Below, in pieces: positions 1-15,000 of a stretch of DNA of 64,000 nucleotides. The notes under the pieces were generated by a model. The model worked only from the letters and a program-made list of their open reading frames with translations. It did not search any database and had not been told where the DNA came from. This DNA is from Amoebophrya sp. A120 (Eukaryota; Protista; Dinoflagellata), in assembly GCA_905178155.1 (NCBI GenBank), contig CAJINV010000008.1, forward strand, positions 3,105,303 to 3,169,302, read 5' to 3'. Each line of letters begins with the position of its first letter. Within the stretch, counting starts at the first letter, position 1. The position numbers and the translations under genes were made by a program.

Positions 1-2
1 AA

Positions 3-3000
3 ACGAGTTGCAGTCTTGTCGGTGCCGGCCACCGCGTCAAGCAGCGTCGGAGCGGATCTTCGGGATTGTACTATCACTACAACGCGCACCACCAGGAGGC
101 TCGGGAGCAACGCGCACAGGAGGAAATAATCAGGCGACTTGCGCCAGTGATCGAGAAGATTTTATTCAAGAGGTGCCGCCGAGCGGAAGCAGAGGGAGAG
201 GCTGTCGGTTTATTCTACTCGCTATGTGATCATAGAGGGGCTGATTGTAACGAAAAATATCAGGATGATGTTCTTGAACAGGAACAAGCGCACAACACCA
301 ATTTACATAAGCAGCATGTCCTTCGCTATTTTCGAGACACCATCACGGAGAAGCAACTGGATTCCTTTCTCCCGTCTTTGGAGTACCTCTACAAGCGAAA
401 ACAGATCAGTGAAAGCGATTACGAGTTTCTTGCCGCGCAGGGTCGGGTCGCCCTCAAGCGGCTGGTGTGGTTTCGCCATGAGCTTTTCAAGTTCGAAAAG
501 AAGCGGCGGAAAGAGATGGAGTGCCAGTTTGTGTCGGAGTGGCGGGAGCATTCGGACCGGTATTTGGAATTGCGAAATTTCCGCATGGACCTCATGGACG
601 AAGAGCAAGAAGCTGAAGAGGACCAGGACAAAAGTGACGACACGGGATCGGACGAGGGTGATGCAGGAGGTATAACAGATACAAGAACCCGCAAAACCTC
701 GTCCAAAGCAACCGACCACGAAAAGAAAACCGCGGCCGTAACGGCGAATCCAGATTCCGACGCAGCTGGTGCTCCTGTTGAGAGGACCATGATCAAGACG
801 GTCGTGGAGCCGAAAAAGAAAGACGACGCAAACGACAGCGACAGAACTTCTCGCATTTCATCTAAAGATGTTGATAAGTGCGATGGTGAACAAGGTGTCC
901 AAGAGCCCGCCAAAGAAGATGAAGAAACAGAAAGCAAGGATTCTCCACCTGCGGTTGATGCTACGGAGTTAGCTATGCGAATGCTGCACTCCGAGGAGGA
1001 GCAGCAAAAGCAAGACAGCACGAGGAAGCTCCGCGCTTTTCTGCGTCGCTTGGAGCACAAATGCCGTTTGAACGAGGAACGCAAGTACAATGCACCGGGA
1101 CGAGTTGCGAGACGCGACGAAGCTCTTCTTGCAGAATTCGATTTGTTCCGGAAAATTGAACACGGCAGAAAGCGCGTTTCCTCTTCGGCACCAGTAGCCA
1201 CTTTGGACGCGGCTGAAGTTGTGGCTGATCTGCCAAGGTCAACATCGACGTTTAGCGAACATAATACCTCCGACGTCCACTCGCGAGGTTTCACTTCCTG
1301 CGACAGGATGTTTTTCTGCAACGACGAGGAGCACGAACTGTTCCTTCGGTTTCTCACGAAGAAGCACCAAGGCAGGTCGGGTTCCGGCGTCATTCGTGAC
1401 CGTATTTTGGCAGCCGCAAGCCTAGGTCTTGCGGGAGACGAAAGCGAGCGGGAATATTGGGCGCTGATGCAGAAAGACCTGCGGGTTCTTCAACCAGAAC
1501 CATGTGGAGACAAGGGTGACGACCACTCCAGCGCGACTGGTGGAAAAAGAAAAAAGGAAAGCGAGCAAGCAGTTCTTGGTGACACCAGCGCGGTAAAGAC
1601 CCGACTGGACGCGTTTTTCGCTGCGGAAAGAAAGGAACAGGAAAGAAAGCGTGTCGTGCAGCGACGAGCTACAGAGGATGAAAGCGAATTGGATCACAAT
1701 CACCCGCCGGACGGAGGGCTGGGGGAGCAGCGGAGGGCGTGCTCGCTGATCATGAAAGAGGACACTAGTAACAAGGATGCAGACCAGAATTATGTGAGTG
1801 ACGCGCTTTCTGGCGGCGCGAAAGGAAACGAGCACACTGCGTCGGCGATGCAAGATCGCGTGGCTGCGTTGTACTCCTCTGCGCGGGGTGCAGGAGCAAC
1901 AGAAAGTCCCCGATCAAGAATCGGTGGAAGTAGGGGGGCAGTTACTTCTTCTACATTGAACGCTGCCAGCACGACAGTACCATCGCCACCACATCATCAT
2001 TTCCCCAACAGCGGAAGTTGCTCGAGCAGGGGACGACAGGGTGCAGCTCCAACTTTCGAAACCTCTACGTCGCGCAGTGCCCTTATGGAAGCGTCAGGAT
2101 CGAAATCAACAAAATTGAAATAATTTGTGATGCATAAAACCGATACCAGATGGAGCCTCAGTTTCCAATTGGCGCATGACAAATTTTGGGAACACCAAAA
2201 TCCAGTCTGTCATGCAGTTTGGGCAAAGAGGACCGCGCCTGTCATGCTACTCTGGTAGTACATGTTTAGGGCTCAACAGCAGGCTGGCAATCGGTCTCAT
2301 TTGCCTCCTCTCCAACACAGGCCTTATGTGCCCTACATTTTATGCATTGCAAATTTTTCGATTTTGTCGATTTCGATCCTGACACTTCCATAGCCCTTGG
2401 CCGCGAAGTAGTGCTGGACCCGAGCACGGGCGAATGGCGGCTTATAACCCGCTCAGGTGTTACAATCTCAAACGTTACAATAGAATTTGGAAATCTGTGA
2501 TGCAAGAATGCATGATCTAACCAATTCTCATAGGACTGCGCATGACAGGTTCCGGAGCATCAAACCCCACTACAATCTGGCGAAATTTGTATTGCAGAAA
2601 GTGGAACGCTCTGCGAGTCTGTCATGCTCATCATGCAAGACAAATCTCAGACTCTATTGTAATGTTTGAGATTGTAACGCTTGAGCAAGTCATACGGCTG
2701 AAGCCCTATTTCGATGAAACGCTCTGCAAGTGGATCTACTCTAGGTATGTGACTCTTTCTTTTGCACGGTTCACCCCGTGTAAAACTAGTACCAGTCGTG
2801 CTGGTAAGGGACGACCACGCGATCAGGAGCCGCTCACGAAGACCATGTACCTATGCAAGATGAAAAAAAGATTGCTGACCTGTTGCATGCGATGCAAGGC
2901 AGTGCTACTTGTACTTGTCATGCGGAATTATATGTTTATAAAGTGTGCGCCATATATCATAATTAGGTGACTTAGTTTCAATTTGTTCATTTCACGTATT

Positions 3001-6000
3001 GTCTGCGCATAACAACTTACTTTTTTTGCTGTCAGTGTCATGCTCATCCTCATGCCAGACAGATTTGAAATGCCGTTCTTCCAAAAAATTACGTCTACCT
3101 ACAGTCTTTTTTACTTGGATAGTGCCAGGAAGGATACTACTGCAGCAAGGAGAATAGACGCTTCCAGCTCACAAAGGAACAGGAGCCCGCTGCCCATGCC
3201 ACTCCCAGTACTTCGACTTGCGATGCATTTGCTCCTCCAGGAGCTAGTGCTTTCGTTTTTGGTAAACAAGTTGTGAAGAACGAGCGTGACATGGTGGTGG
3301 AGATGAATGTTGCCCGTGGTGGTCGTGATGAAGGAGTAGAACCCCATGATCTAGACCCCGTCCAGCAGGAAGAGTTTGTTGTCACGAGACAGGGACGGTG
3401 GGTAGCAGAGGCCCCTGACGCCACCGGCTGTCGTGGGCAACGTCGTAAGAAGCCAAGGTTTGAACATGGATACTTTGACGCCGTTGGGAACTGGGTGGTG
3501 GTTATCCTGTGTAATAACGTCCCTTTGCATGTGCATCCCAGAGTTTTACATAAGTAGATTTGTACTTGTTACAGGAACACTTGTAGAAATGGGCATCTTG
3601 TTCTGTCAGTCGTGTTGTCACGAAGAAGATAGAGATGACATGGCCTTGTGATGCGGCAGTCCTGCTTGCTAAAAGCCTGCTCTACAATTCAGAGATGAAA
3701 GTCTTGACGTCATCGACGCAACATAAAAAGCCGAAGCTCGTTGCTTTGTGTAGCAAAATCCCCAAAAATGTCTTGAGGACGATTTTACGGAGGATAGTGG
3801 TGGAATGGCACCGCCGCGAGAGCTGCTGGCTCGAGCGCGTCCAGATGCCCACAAAACATACAAGCTGCGCGACCTTGCTCAACAAAACGATGGCGGTGAG
3901 CACCGCCGAGCGGAGGCTTGCGCAGCAAGACCCGGACGAACTCGAACTGGCCGAGGAGAGGAGAAAGGAACTCCGGCTGGACTTGCGGAGGCAGCAACTT
4001 CTGGCGGCTCGAAAACGGAGACAATCCGTTGGTCAACATCTTACCGGCGCAGGACCAGGGCATGATCATGATCAGGCTGTAACCGGTTCCGCCCTCGTCA
4101 AGAACAAGCCAAGACCTGATGTAGTTCTTGAAGAAAGGGCCACTGAGAAAACGTCGAAACAAGCTTGTGTTAAGCCCCACCGTGGCCCCCGCACCGTCCA
4201 TTTTCAAGTGCCGGCTTCTGACGACGATACCGATAGCACGGACAACGAATTTTCCCGGGACAAGAGAAAAAAAGACCGCGACCGCAGGCGGGAAGAGCTG
4301 GACGCGGACACGATTTGTACTCCTGAGGAGATGGGCTTCGGCTTCTGCACCGCAGCGGCGCAAAGGGCGCACGACGGCGATTATGGTCCGGTTGAGGAGG
4401 GAGGTGAAGCACGAACGACCGAGGACAACCACTGGGTTCGCCTGGTCACCAAACTGCTCGGCGGCCACGGCTGGACGCTGACGAAGCAAAACCCCGTGGC
4501 GGGCTTCGACATTTTGCAACGGTTGCCCGCGGAAGAGAAGCGTTGGAGTCGTGGCAAGAATGAGGAAGATGATGATCAACATCTTCGTGAAAGTAGAGCC
4601 GGAGCTACTCGTCCTGGATCGTTATGCATTGCAAATATGTCGGCATCTGGATCTGGAATAATGATGTGCTCTGTAGTACATGATCATCACACACGCCAAT
4701 AAATTCCTCTCGCGCGGGTAGTTGTACAAGAGCGATGCCCATTTTTCGCCGTGCTGAAACGGTTTTCGTGATCCGGATTCCAAAAGACCTGTGACGCTAT
4801 GCCCTGCATTTTTCCAAACCTCGCGGGGCAAAGGCTAAGGCATACGAAATCTGCATGAAGACAAGAAACTCCCGGACTCAACATCCAAGAGACCGCAGAT
4901 GACATATTTGCAGTGGATAGTCGTACCAAACCAGATTGCTGGAAGAGTTTCAGCGGAGGGAAAATTTCCAGCGAGCTTTTGAGGACGCTGCTGCCACCAA
5001 GTGGGTGACCATTGCGCGCACGCACTACAGCTACCAGGCCAAGACCTGGATCACTCGCCGCACGGCCTTCTACTGCGCAAAGCAGCAGCGCTACGTGGCC
5101 TTAGATGGCTACATCAACGAGTTCACGGGCACGTTTATGCAAGGCGGGGGCCTGCTCCCCCTGCGCCAAGCCTCCGTGAACGTGGAGCAGCCGTTTGCCG
5201 GCCTGCGGCTCTGCCACGAAAAAATGCTGGTGCACCAAAAGCAGTACCTGGACTTCGGCCACCCGGCGTGGCAGCCGCAGCCGGAACACAAAAAGCTCGC
5301 GACGGTGCACCCGTTCTTGACGGCGCTGCAGAGAACGTGGCTGTCACAGACGCAGTGGAAATTGTGCAAATGGCGCGTGGGAAAGTGTTTCCTGCGGCAG
5401 GAGGAGCGAGAACTACTCCAATGGCTCTACTTCTTACCTGATCAGGACCATGCGACCCACCACATCGACGCGGAAAAGTCGAATCCACGGCCGGACTTTT
5501 CTTATACGACAGCCCCGAACAAGAACGACAACGACCAGCACAACGTCGAGATGAAATCTTCAGTCCCGACGCAGAACAGTTGTACCACATCGACCTCCTC
5601 CTGCGCAAGCAACTACCTCCGCCAGCCGAAGAGTCAGCACATTTACAACTTGTTGCGCGACAACGGGGTGCGCACCCGGAGAGATGCAATGCGGGTGCTG
5701 GTTCAGAAATTGAACGAGCGGATCGCCAAAGCGCATACCAAGGCGCGCGAGGTGTTCGTGCAGAGTTTGGGCGAGCAGTTGCTGGACGACGTGTGTGTGA
5801 CGCAGATTTTGTACGCCGAGCTCCTGGAGTTGGTCAGGACGCGCGAACAGGAGCAGCGATCGGCGCGCAACCGCTTCAAGAAGGAACTGGAGAAGCAGAT
5901 CCCCAAGCTGGCCCGCGAAATGAAGCAGCTACTGGTGGTGCAGGAGCTGTACGCCCGGAAGCTGCGGTTCCTGGAACCCTACAACTTTGCCAAGAGCCTG

Positions 6001-9000
6001 TTTTCGCAGCAGAAAAAGCTACTTGTGCTCGAAGAAGTGAAGACCCGGCAAAAAAACCGGAAGCGCGCGCTGCGCTGCCGACGAAAAATCGAAGACTTCA
6101 GGCTCAAAAAGCTGGAAAGCGAAATCAGCGCGAAGTTTAAAAACTTTGCTCAGGATGACGTACTAAATCGGGGCGAAGAAGCTGTAGATGACGAAGTAGA
6201 AGATGTTGAAGATGATGATCCTGAAGACGGCAACCATTTATGTTCAAGTCCTCGCAGAAGTGAAATTGGACGAATTGCTGAGACCATCGTCGAACAAAAT
6301 GAGCAACTACATCACGAAGGGTCTTGTCCTGCCGAGCCAATGGAGAATCAGCTGCACGAAGGTCGTGGTTCTGCCGAGACACTGCAAAGTCACGGATCAC
6401 CACCGCGGCCGGAGTCAAAAATACTACACGGCGAAAAAAGCATTCCGAAACTGAAGGGAGGCCGCCGAACGCAGGAAGAGGGCGGCCGCGGGGACATTAA
6501 CCATCTCCATGACCACTGCAGGTCCGCCTCGAAATCGCGATCCCGAGGACCACAGGAGCACTCGGAACGACGAAGACGAACCACCAGTACGAAAAAAGAG
6601 AAAAGCGCTGCAGCTCCTCCTCCCGCTCCACCACGTCGACCAACCTGGAAGTTGACGAAGCAAGACCGGCTGCGCATCGAGAAAATTGAGTACGCAAGGC
6701 AATCTCTTGTCCCCCGGCACGAAAAGCTGAAACTCTTTCAGGACCGGCTGACCAGCTTCGACCTGCTATTCAGAGGAAAAATCCCCCCTCCCCATATTGA
6801 ACAGGTACTTATGTTTCCAGAAATTTGTGTTGCGGATTTGAGGTCACAAATCACATCTGTCTTGATGCAAGAAGACAAGGGCAGAAGCTTCCGCCCCATT
6901 ATGGAAGCGATTTGTCATGCTGTTGGGCCTAAAGGGGGGCCGTTTGCCATGCTGAACTACTAGACCCATGCGCCCCTATCTAGCCTGGGGATCTGGCCGC
7001 AGTGCCTCTCTGCAATACAAAGCTGATTTGTGGCCACAAATCAGCATCACAAATTTTCGTTTTGATATGGGGAGGGGGGATTTTTCATCTTGATACCTGC
7101 TCGACCTGTACACCTTTGAGAACCACATCGAGAAGTGGCTCGAGGACACGGCCAAAGTGAACGCTTTGACGCGCCGAGCAGAGAAACTGGCGGAGGGCAT
7201 GCGACAGCACCACCGGAGGAAGGTGGAGAAGGAGTATGATGAAAATGGTGAGTCCAGTTGTAGTGGTCGTTCTACAACAGGAGCCTCGGCTTTCGCTGCA
7301 AGAAACACTGCAGCGAACGACGAGGACCTCGATAATCGCAGCACCATTAGCAGGCTAAATGTTCTTGGCGTGAAAAATAACCACAACAGCATCCTCGAAA
7401 GTGATCAGAAGGCCCTGGAGATTTCCGTTTCTGCCCATGCGAGGCGGTTCGCGCTGCACCATCGGGCAAAAAAGCTGTGGCGAAAGCTCTTTGAGATCAG
7501 CACACCCACAAAAAAAAGCATGAGGTCCGAAAAATGTGGAAAGAAGGCTGACGGGGACCTGGAAATATTAACTGACGAAGATGCAGAACCGAGGAAAAGT
7601 AGCTTCTCCGCGGTCGGCACCGCACGGCAAGGGCTTGTCGAGAAGACGGACAGATCACACCGGCGTGATCGCGGCAGTTCCTGTGCCCCCCCTGCCGCGA
7701 GTCAAGGAGAATCCCTGTGTCGCTCGTGTATTCCTTTTTCGCAGGACTTCAAAGCCGTCGTGGAGCAGCTGGAGATCCTATCAACTGTAAAAATGTCTGG
7801 GTCTGGAAGATTGCAACTTGTCATGCTGTTTTTGGACTCCGACTCTAAAAAGATTTGTATTGCATGACCAGCAAGAGGGGCACAGTTTGTGCTACACGAA
7901 CAGGGCACTTCTCATGCGGAAGGTGCATCAGGAAGCCCTCTAAAAGTCTGCGATGCTAGGTCCTGCATTACAGGAATCATGAGTCATGAGAAATATGCGT
8001 GACAAATCTTGCATTCTTCCAGACCCAGACATTTTTGCAATCCATAGATCCTGTACACCGACGAAAAGGAGTATCGCACGAAAAAACTGTTTCACTGTGA
8101 ACTTGTGATGCATAGAATGGAGCACACAACTATTTGTCTTGCTACACATGCAAGGCATTGGATTTTCAAGCGTGTTTTCCCTTGGTAAACGCGCATGACA
8201 GGTTTTTAGTCTCAAGTGTAGCAAACTTGTGATGCAGATCTTGCAAAATCATCACAGTGAAACAGTTTTTTCTTTGCATAAGGAGCAGTATGCGCTGACG
8301 CGGAAGCTTCAGCGTCAACTCCAGAATGCCAACGGGGAGCTTGGCCGCGTGGCCGCGACTTTGTCGGGCGGGATGAATGCCGCGCTGGAGCGTCTGACGG
8401 AGTTGAAGCGGCGGTTCCAGGACCGGATGGAACCGTACTATGAAAAACAGGCCAGGTCGATGAAATTGGAAAAAGCTTGTTTTTCCCGCGATAAAGAAGA
8501 GAAGAGCGGCGGAAAGCCGCGCTTCGTGTCGTCCTCGCGGGGGCTGCTCGGGGGGAAAAGAGGAAACTACACGGACGGCGGAGGAGGAGCACGAGCGCGA
8601 GCACGCGGCCATTGCGCTACTTTCTCCGACGACCGCAGGCGTGATTTTCCTCCGCGCGCTGCCCAGCAACAGGACGGCGAAGTAGACCACGAACTAAAAA
8701 CCTCTCACTGCTCTGCCGAACAGATACAGAAGACGCTTTTCGAGGCGCGCGTGCAGGCGCGTCGGCAAAGTCGCGTTGTCACGCTTCACAATTTCGCCGC
8801 GGAGGCCGCTGCGGTGCAGGATCTTGCCCAGAAAGAGAGGAACAGCGAACTGCGTCGCGAGGATTGGAAGAAGTTTCTCTCCTACGGCGCGGAAAGCACA
8901 GAAGACCGATGCCGCGACGAGTTCGAGGCGCACTTGCTGAAAACCATCCAGAGGCACGAGGCGCTGAATGTGCAAGCGCGGCTCGGCTTCGCGAGCGGCC

Positions 9001-12000
9001 CCCGTCCTGCTCGGAGTGCTGGCGCAACTGAAGTGACCGACGGAAGAGGAGGAGGAGGAGGAGGAGATGCAACGGGCCGTCTACCTTCCTGTTACGTGAC
9101 GACGCACACCTCGACGAAGGCGACGGCCGCGGCTTGTGCTGCGACCGAACAAGGCGCCGTTGCACAGGACCTCCTCCAGGAGGATCTTCAAGAGAACTCC
9201 GGTAATCGTACGAGCCGGGCTCGTACCTCGGCTGACGAGATGTACAACGTGCGACAAGAAATGAACCACAAGATGAATGGTCGGAAGTTCCACGAGCTGG
9301 GAGGGAGTGACAAGCTCCTCTTCCGCATTGAGGATCCTGATCTGCATCACAGGTTCTTCTTCACTGACAGCACAAGAACGACAACGACGGCTCTGGAGTA
9401 TTGAAAGGAAAAATCCCCCCTCCCCATATTGAAAACGCATTCGTCTGAAAATTTGTGATGCAGATTTGAGGTCACAAATCCTGTCTGTCTTGCAAGAATG
9501 CAAAGCCAGAGAGTCCGCCGCATTATGCCGGCGGTTTGTGATGCTGTTGGTCTTACAGAGCCGACATCTGTCACGCTAGTCCCCTAGGTCAAAACCTCTC
9601 GACCCAGGCTTGGCATATGCCTGCAGTCCTCTCCAGCAAGACAAATCTTATTTGTGTACGCAAATCCTGCATCAGAAACTTCGTTTCGATATGGGGAGGG
9701 GGGATTTTTCCTCTTAATATGGAGGAGAAGGCTCTCATCCACCAGATCCGGGAGTTCGACTTTGTGCCGATCAAGAACCTATCAAACGCAAAAGTGTATG
9801 GGTCTGGGAGGATGGAACTTGTAATGCTAGCTTTACATTCCTGGGTGGAAATCTGTATTGCATAACCGACAAAAGCCGCAGCCATTTTTGTCATGCAAAA
9901 ACGCAGGCTTCTCATGTCATGCGGGCTGCATATGAGAAAGTGCTCCGGAAAGTTGTCATGCTGGTCTGCATTCGGAAGTGTTTCCATCATACACATTTTA
10001 GTTTCACAAGTTTCCAGACCCAGACATTTTTGCACTTGATACAACCCCGCAAAACGTTTGGAAGTGTATCCCCTAGTAGAGAAGTATAAGTAGCACACCC
10101 GAAGTAGAACTAGCCAATTGTGTATGTTGCGGTTAATATTCTGGCAGAAAAGTGTTTGTCATGGTCTTGATGCGCAAGATGAAAGAAAAGCTGCCATGCA
10201 AAATGGACACTGTCATGCGATGCGATCTTCACGATGGGAAAGCAATCGGAGAGGTCGCAAAAAAAAGATTTATGAACAGACGAAGTGGTCCTCCGTGTTA
10301 TTGCTACATAAAGTAGACACTGCATCTACTCACAATTTTTTTCATATAGGGCACTTCATTGGGTGTGCTTTTCTCTAGGAAGAAATGTTTGCGAAACGAG
10401 AAAATCCGAATGGTGAAGACGTTGCGAAGCAGGAGTGTAGTACAACGACGAGCCCCCCGCCGAAGAGTTCAACGGAGACCTACTTCGAAAAGCACTTTCT
10501 GCGCGGGTACGACGAGCCCGCCGCCGGGACAGACTGGATTAGTGTGCAAAATTTTGTGAACCAGATGAATCGACGGTTCCCTGAAGGGGAGACCAAGGGG
10601 GAAGCGTGCCCAACCTTTTTCGCGCTGATGGAACAGCTCTACGTCGGCCGGTCGCGAAACTGGGTCTTCGAAATTGATGTGGAGAAGACAGATTTTGTGG
10701 AGCCGCAGGCACGCGAAGTCGAACAAAGCGAGCCATCTCGTGGCTCGTCGTCCACCGGATGTTTCGCTGGTGGTGGTGGTGCACGAGCAGCTCCAGGAGT
10801 AGGAGATGTAGAGGATGCAGCACATCAACTTCATCAAGCGCCAGACCCGGAGAGGACGAATGAAGAGGAAGATGTACTTCTAGCAAATATTCTTGAACAG
10901 CGAAGAACGCGTCGCCCAGGAGCAGGTCCTAGTATCACGGTCCACCTGACACCAGCCGAAGAAGTGCAGGAACACCAGATCCTCGCGCAGCACCTCCAGA
11001 CCGGTAGTTGTACTGGTCAGGTGAAAAATCTGCAACAAGAAGAAGTGGCCAAAAATACTCCTGCCGGGAACAAGAAGCTCTTGTTGCCCACAGCCTGCCG
11101 CGGGATGCAGTGGAACCGAAGAGCACACGTCCGCGCCGAATTGAGGAGCGCGGAGATGCTGAAACATGGTTCCATGATGCTGTCTATGCTTTGCAAAAGT
11201 ATCGTACTAGTATGAATTCTTGCAATACAAATTTCGATTTCCTCAGCATGAGAAATAAAATTTGTAGTTCGGATTTAACTTGAGAAAGACGCTTGTAATG
11301 CATGAATGGCATTACTACGAGTGCGATACTTTTGCACAGGATGCTGTCTAGTTGTACAGATGATCCGTCGAGGCTCGTCCTAGCAAGAAACGCGTGGCGA
11401 CATGATCACGAGTTTTCCCCAGAACCTTATTTTCTTTCATCAGAATCCAATAGCAGAAATATTATTCCAATGAAGCTGGATAGCACAACGACCCCGGCAC
11501 CGTCTACAGACGTAGGACGAGGCATGGAGGCATCGTTTCCCGCCGCCGTGTGGCCCCCGACGTCAAGTACCTTCTGCCTCTTTTCCTTCCTGCCGTCCCC
11601 TCAGCAAGCCTGTGCTGCGAAGAACTCACTACAGCAAGTGGTCTCCTTTGTCGACGCGCGCGGCCTTCTAGTCGAAGATCGTAGCAACGTGCGTGTCAAT
11701 ATGACAGTTCTGACTCCCTTTAGCCGCATCAGTCCACCGATTCCCGTCCTCACTGAACACGTGCGAAAGGGCAAGTTCTACACGAGAAAGGAGCCCATCC
11801 AGGACTTCATGCTTGACAAGGACGACCTGTGCGACGTGCACAACGAAGTTTTTCGCGCTGCTGGGAATAGAAGCGGGGCCAGCGCCCACTTTCACTTTTT
11901 CCACGAGACCCTCCCCGAAGCCAAAAAACAGTTGCTGTTTGTTCACCAAGATGAAGTGCATTCCGGCCGCTGCAAGAACTTTTCGGACAGGTGGAGCCAC

Positions 12001-15000
12001 GACAACGGCGATGAAGTGGGCACAGCCGCGCGACAGGAGTTTCAGCAGCAGCAGCACCAGCAACACAGTACTATATGGGGGGCATCCGAATCTTCATGGG
12101 CGGAAGGAGAATACGGCGCCCCTCCGCGTCGCCAGGCATGTTCTGCGGCGGCGTGGAGCCGCTTGCTGGTGCAGTCGAAAAAGGGCTGGTCATATGAGAT
12201 CGCACAGCCTGAGCTTGAGTCTCTCCTCCCGCTCATTTCAATAGGGCATGAGCAGCAATCAACCGAAGCAACGGCAAATGCAGAAGTGTAGCTTTTGTAT
12301 GACGATGAAAAATTCTCTTTCGTGTACGAGGTCGTGTAATCGGTCCTGTTTGGACTTCCGAAAGAACTCATGGCTCTGCAAGCATTGCCCACAGGAAGGT
12401 CGGAGGGGTCGACTAAGTATTGCTGATGTAGTTGAAGAAGGGGAAGATGGGGCGAGTTCCTTGAGGTGTTCTTTCATACTTTACCACAACAGCCTGCTCC
12501 TCTCGATCGGCGACACGCCAGAGAAAGGACCAGGAGGACAAAAAAATGCCAAAGCACAACTCCCGGGCCTGGTGAAGACCACGTTATGCTTGGTTCGGTT
12601 TCGGCCTCCTGCAGCAGGAGGTACGCGCCAAGAGCGCAAGAACGGCCAGGATATTACACTTCGCTCGATGAGCAGAAGGAGGACAAGACTAGCCCTTCAC
12701 TGCTTGATATGCTGAGAAAAAACGGACCCCACAACAGCGACTTCAGCTCACTGACATTTTCCCAGGTTTGGATGTTTTGTCATGCGCAGCCGCATGAGGA
12801 ACATTTTCTAGTGTGCATTTGGAATTTCATAAAGGATAATGCGCATGCGATCGATTCTTCATGCGGCTCTTAATAAAGAAACTAAAAACGACCATTCCGC
12901 TGCGAATCCAGCAAACCGGTTATGCACAAATTGCCGAAGCTTCTAGATTTGTCTTGCCAGAGACGGTCGCATCTTGACTATGGGGTGGGACGTTTTTACA
13001 CAGGATGCCGCACCTCCGGAACCAGAGCAGCGATTATCCTAAGCGACAGCAGCACGACGACCAGAGTATTGCCAATGAAACTTTTGTGTTCCAGACTCCC
13101 CAGTTCCAAAACACGATCTCCAGTCTGTTGAACACATCTACGTCTCTGTGCCAGCTCAGCTTTAAGGTGTTTCCCCTCGGTTCCCAAAACCAGGACTATT
13201 CCGAGGAAAAATCACCCCTCCCCATATCGAAAAGGTGTGTTTCCGAAAATTTGTGTTGCTGATTTGAGGTCACAAATCACGTCTGTCGTGCAAGAAGACA
13301 AGCGCAGAGGCTTCCGCACCATTATGGAAGCGATTTGGCATGCTGTTGCGCCTAGAGGGCGCCCGTTTGCAATGCTAAGCAACTAGACCTATACGCCCCT
13401 ACCTAGGCCGAGGATCTGGCTGCGATGCCTTACTGCAAGACAAATCCGATTTGTGTACCCAAATCCTGCATCACAGATTTCCATTTCGATATGGGGAGGG
13501 TGGATTTTTCCTTTTGATAAGGACGAAGCCGTCCGCATCCACAACCAGATGCGGCACATTCGCCACAACCTGATGTCGATCGTATGCATTGCAAATATGT
13601 CTGGGTCTGGAAACTTGTAATGCAAGTCAGTGAAGTGGTCTAAGTACTCTGTAATGCAGCGCCAAGCATGAAAGGTTTTTTCGTCGCGTTGTGTTGCGTA
13701 CTCTACATGAGAAACTGCGTTTCTGCATGACAGACAGAGGGAACTGTTCGTGGCCACGCCACACAGAGTCCAGAGTCATGCCAGACAAGCATGACAAATC
13801 TCGCAGTCTTCCGGACCCAGACGTATTTGCATTTCATAGATTGAGCACCTGCACAACTTCGTGGTAAAGCCCCGGCTTCTCGCACATACGGAGATGAGTT
13901 TGCCCCTCCGTGTGCGCGAAAAGCTCTCCTCGGCGACAGGATTTTATCCTGGATCGGGCGATGATGTTGAGGAGGGGGAGCAAGAAGAACGAGAAGAAAT
14001 GTACCAAGTGCTGGTCCGCGACTGGCTCACTATGGGAGTAGACGGCGCTGGCTTTGGGGCGCACGGAGAGGTAATCACGACCGACGCGGCCGACCATTCC
14101 GTTCGCTACTTGAACGCCTTGGCACAAGAATTCATTGCGGATGCGACAATTAGGCTCGCGCACGTAGCCGGCAGCCTCGGTCTTGCCGGGGTGTGCTCCC
14201 AAGCCACGGAGCTGCTCAGTCGCTGTGCGGCTTGCTGCGTGCAAAGCGAAGGAATTAAGATGTTGGAGGACGGCGACCGTGCAAGTAGTGGTAGAGCACG
14301 TAAGAGCTACGTGCGTTCTTCATCATCTCGTTCATCTCGGAGTTTCAGAAGAAGGTCCAATGCTGCGGAAGAAAAGAACGACACCGGTCGAACAACTGCT
14401 GGTGCCCAGGCAACCAATGACCTCGTCTTGCTCATGCTTTATCCTGAGTTGGAAAAACGCATCCCCGCAGCCTTGTCATGCAGTGCTGCATTTCATTTGA
14501 ATTTTATTTTCTCACGCGGCGCTCGCTCTCCATGAGGGGCTTTTTCTAGTGTTGTCTGGGATAATTCTGTCGTGCTCGTGCGCTAATCAAAATATAATAA
14601 AAGGACTGCATTTCTTGTAAAAAAGAAATGCGTCTGGACTAGCAGCTTATTAATTTAGTCAAGCACGACTAAACAACTGCGTAGTAGCGAAGCCTGTCAA
14701 CATGCGTGAGTCCGAAAAGTTTTGGACTTGTCTTGCAGCGTTTTCATGTTTACCTTAGGGTGGGGACGCTTTGACACAGGATGTGCTTTTGGAAAAAGCA
14801 ATCGAATCGCTTCGCGAAGAAGACGAGGTGCTCGGCGCGACGGCAGAGGGATCTTCATGTGGAGCAAAAATTGTGCCTGCACCGCACGAAGGCGAAGGCC
14901 CCAGTTTTGCAACAAAACAAGGGCGAGCCCATCTTCGACAGGAACCTCCAAACACGACGAGAGTACCTCCAGGAGCAGCACAGGCGTCCACACCATTTGC

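Noticed and set aside
2745-2789. Possible 45-nt canonical intron GTATGT...AACTAG
   Set aside because: It is in frame and stop-free, so it cannot be distinguished from coding sequence without cDNA.
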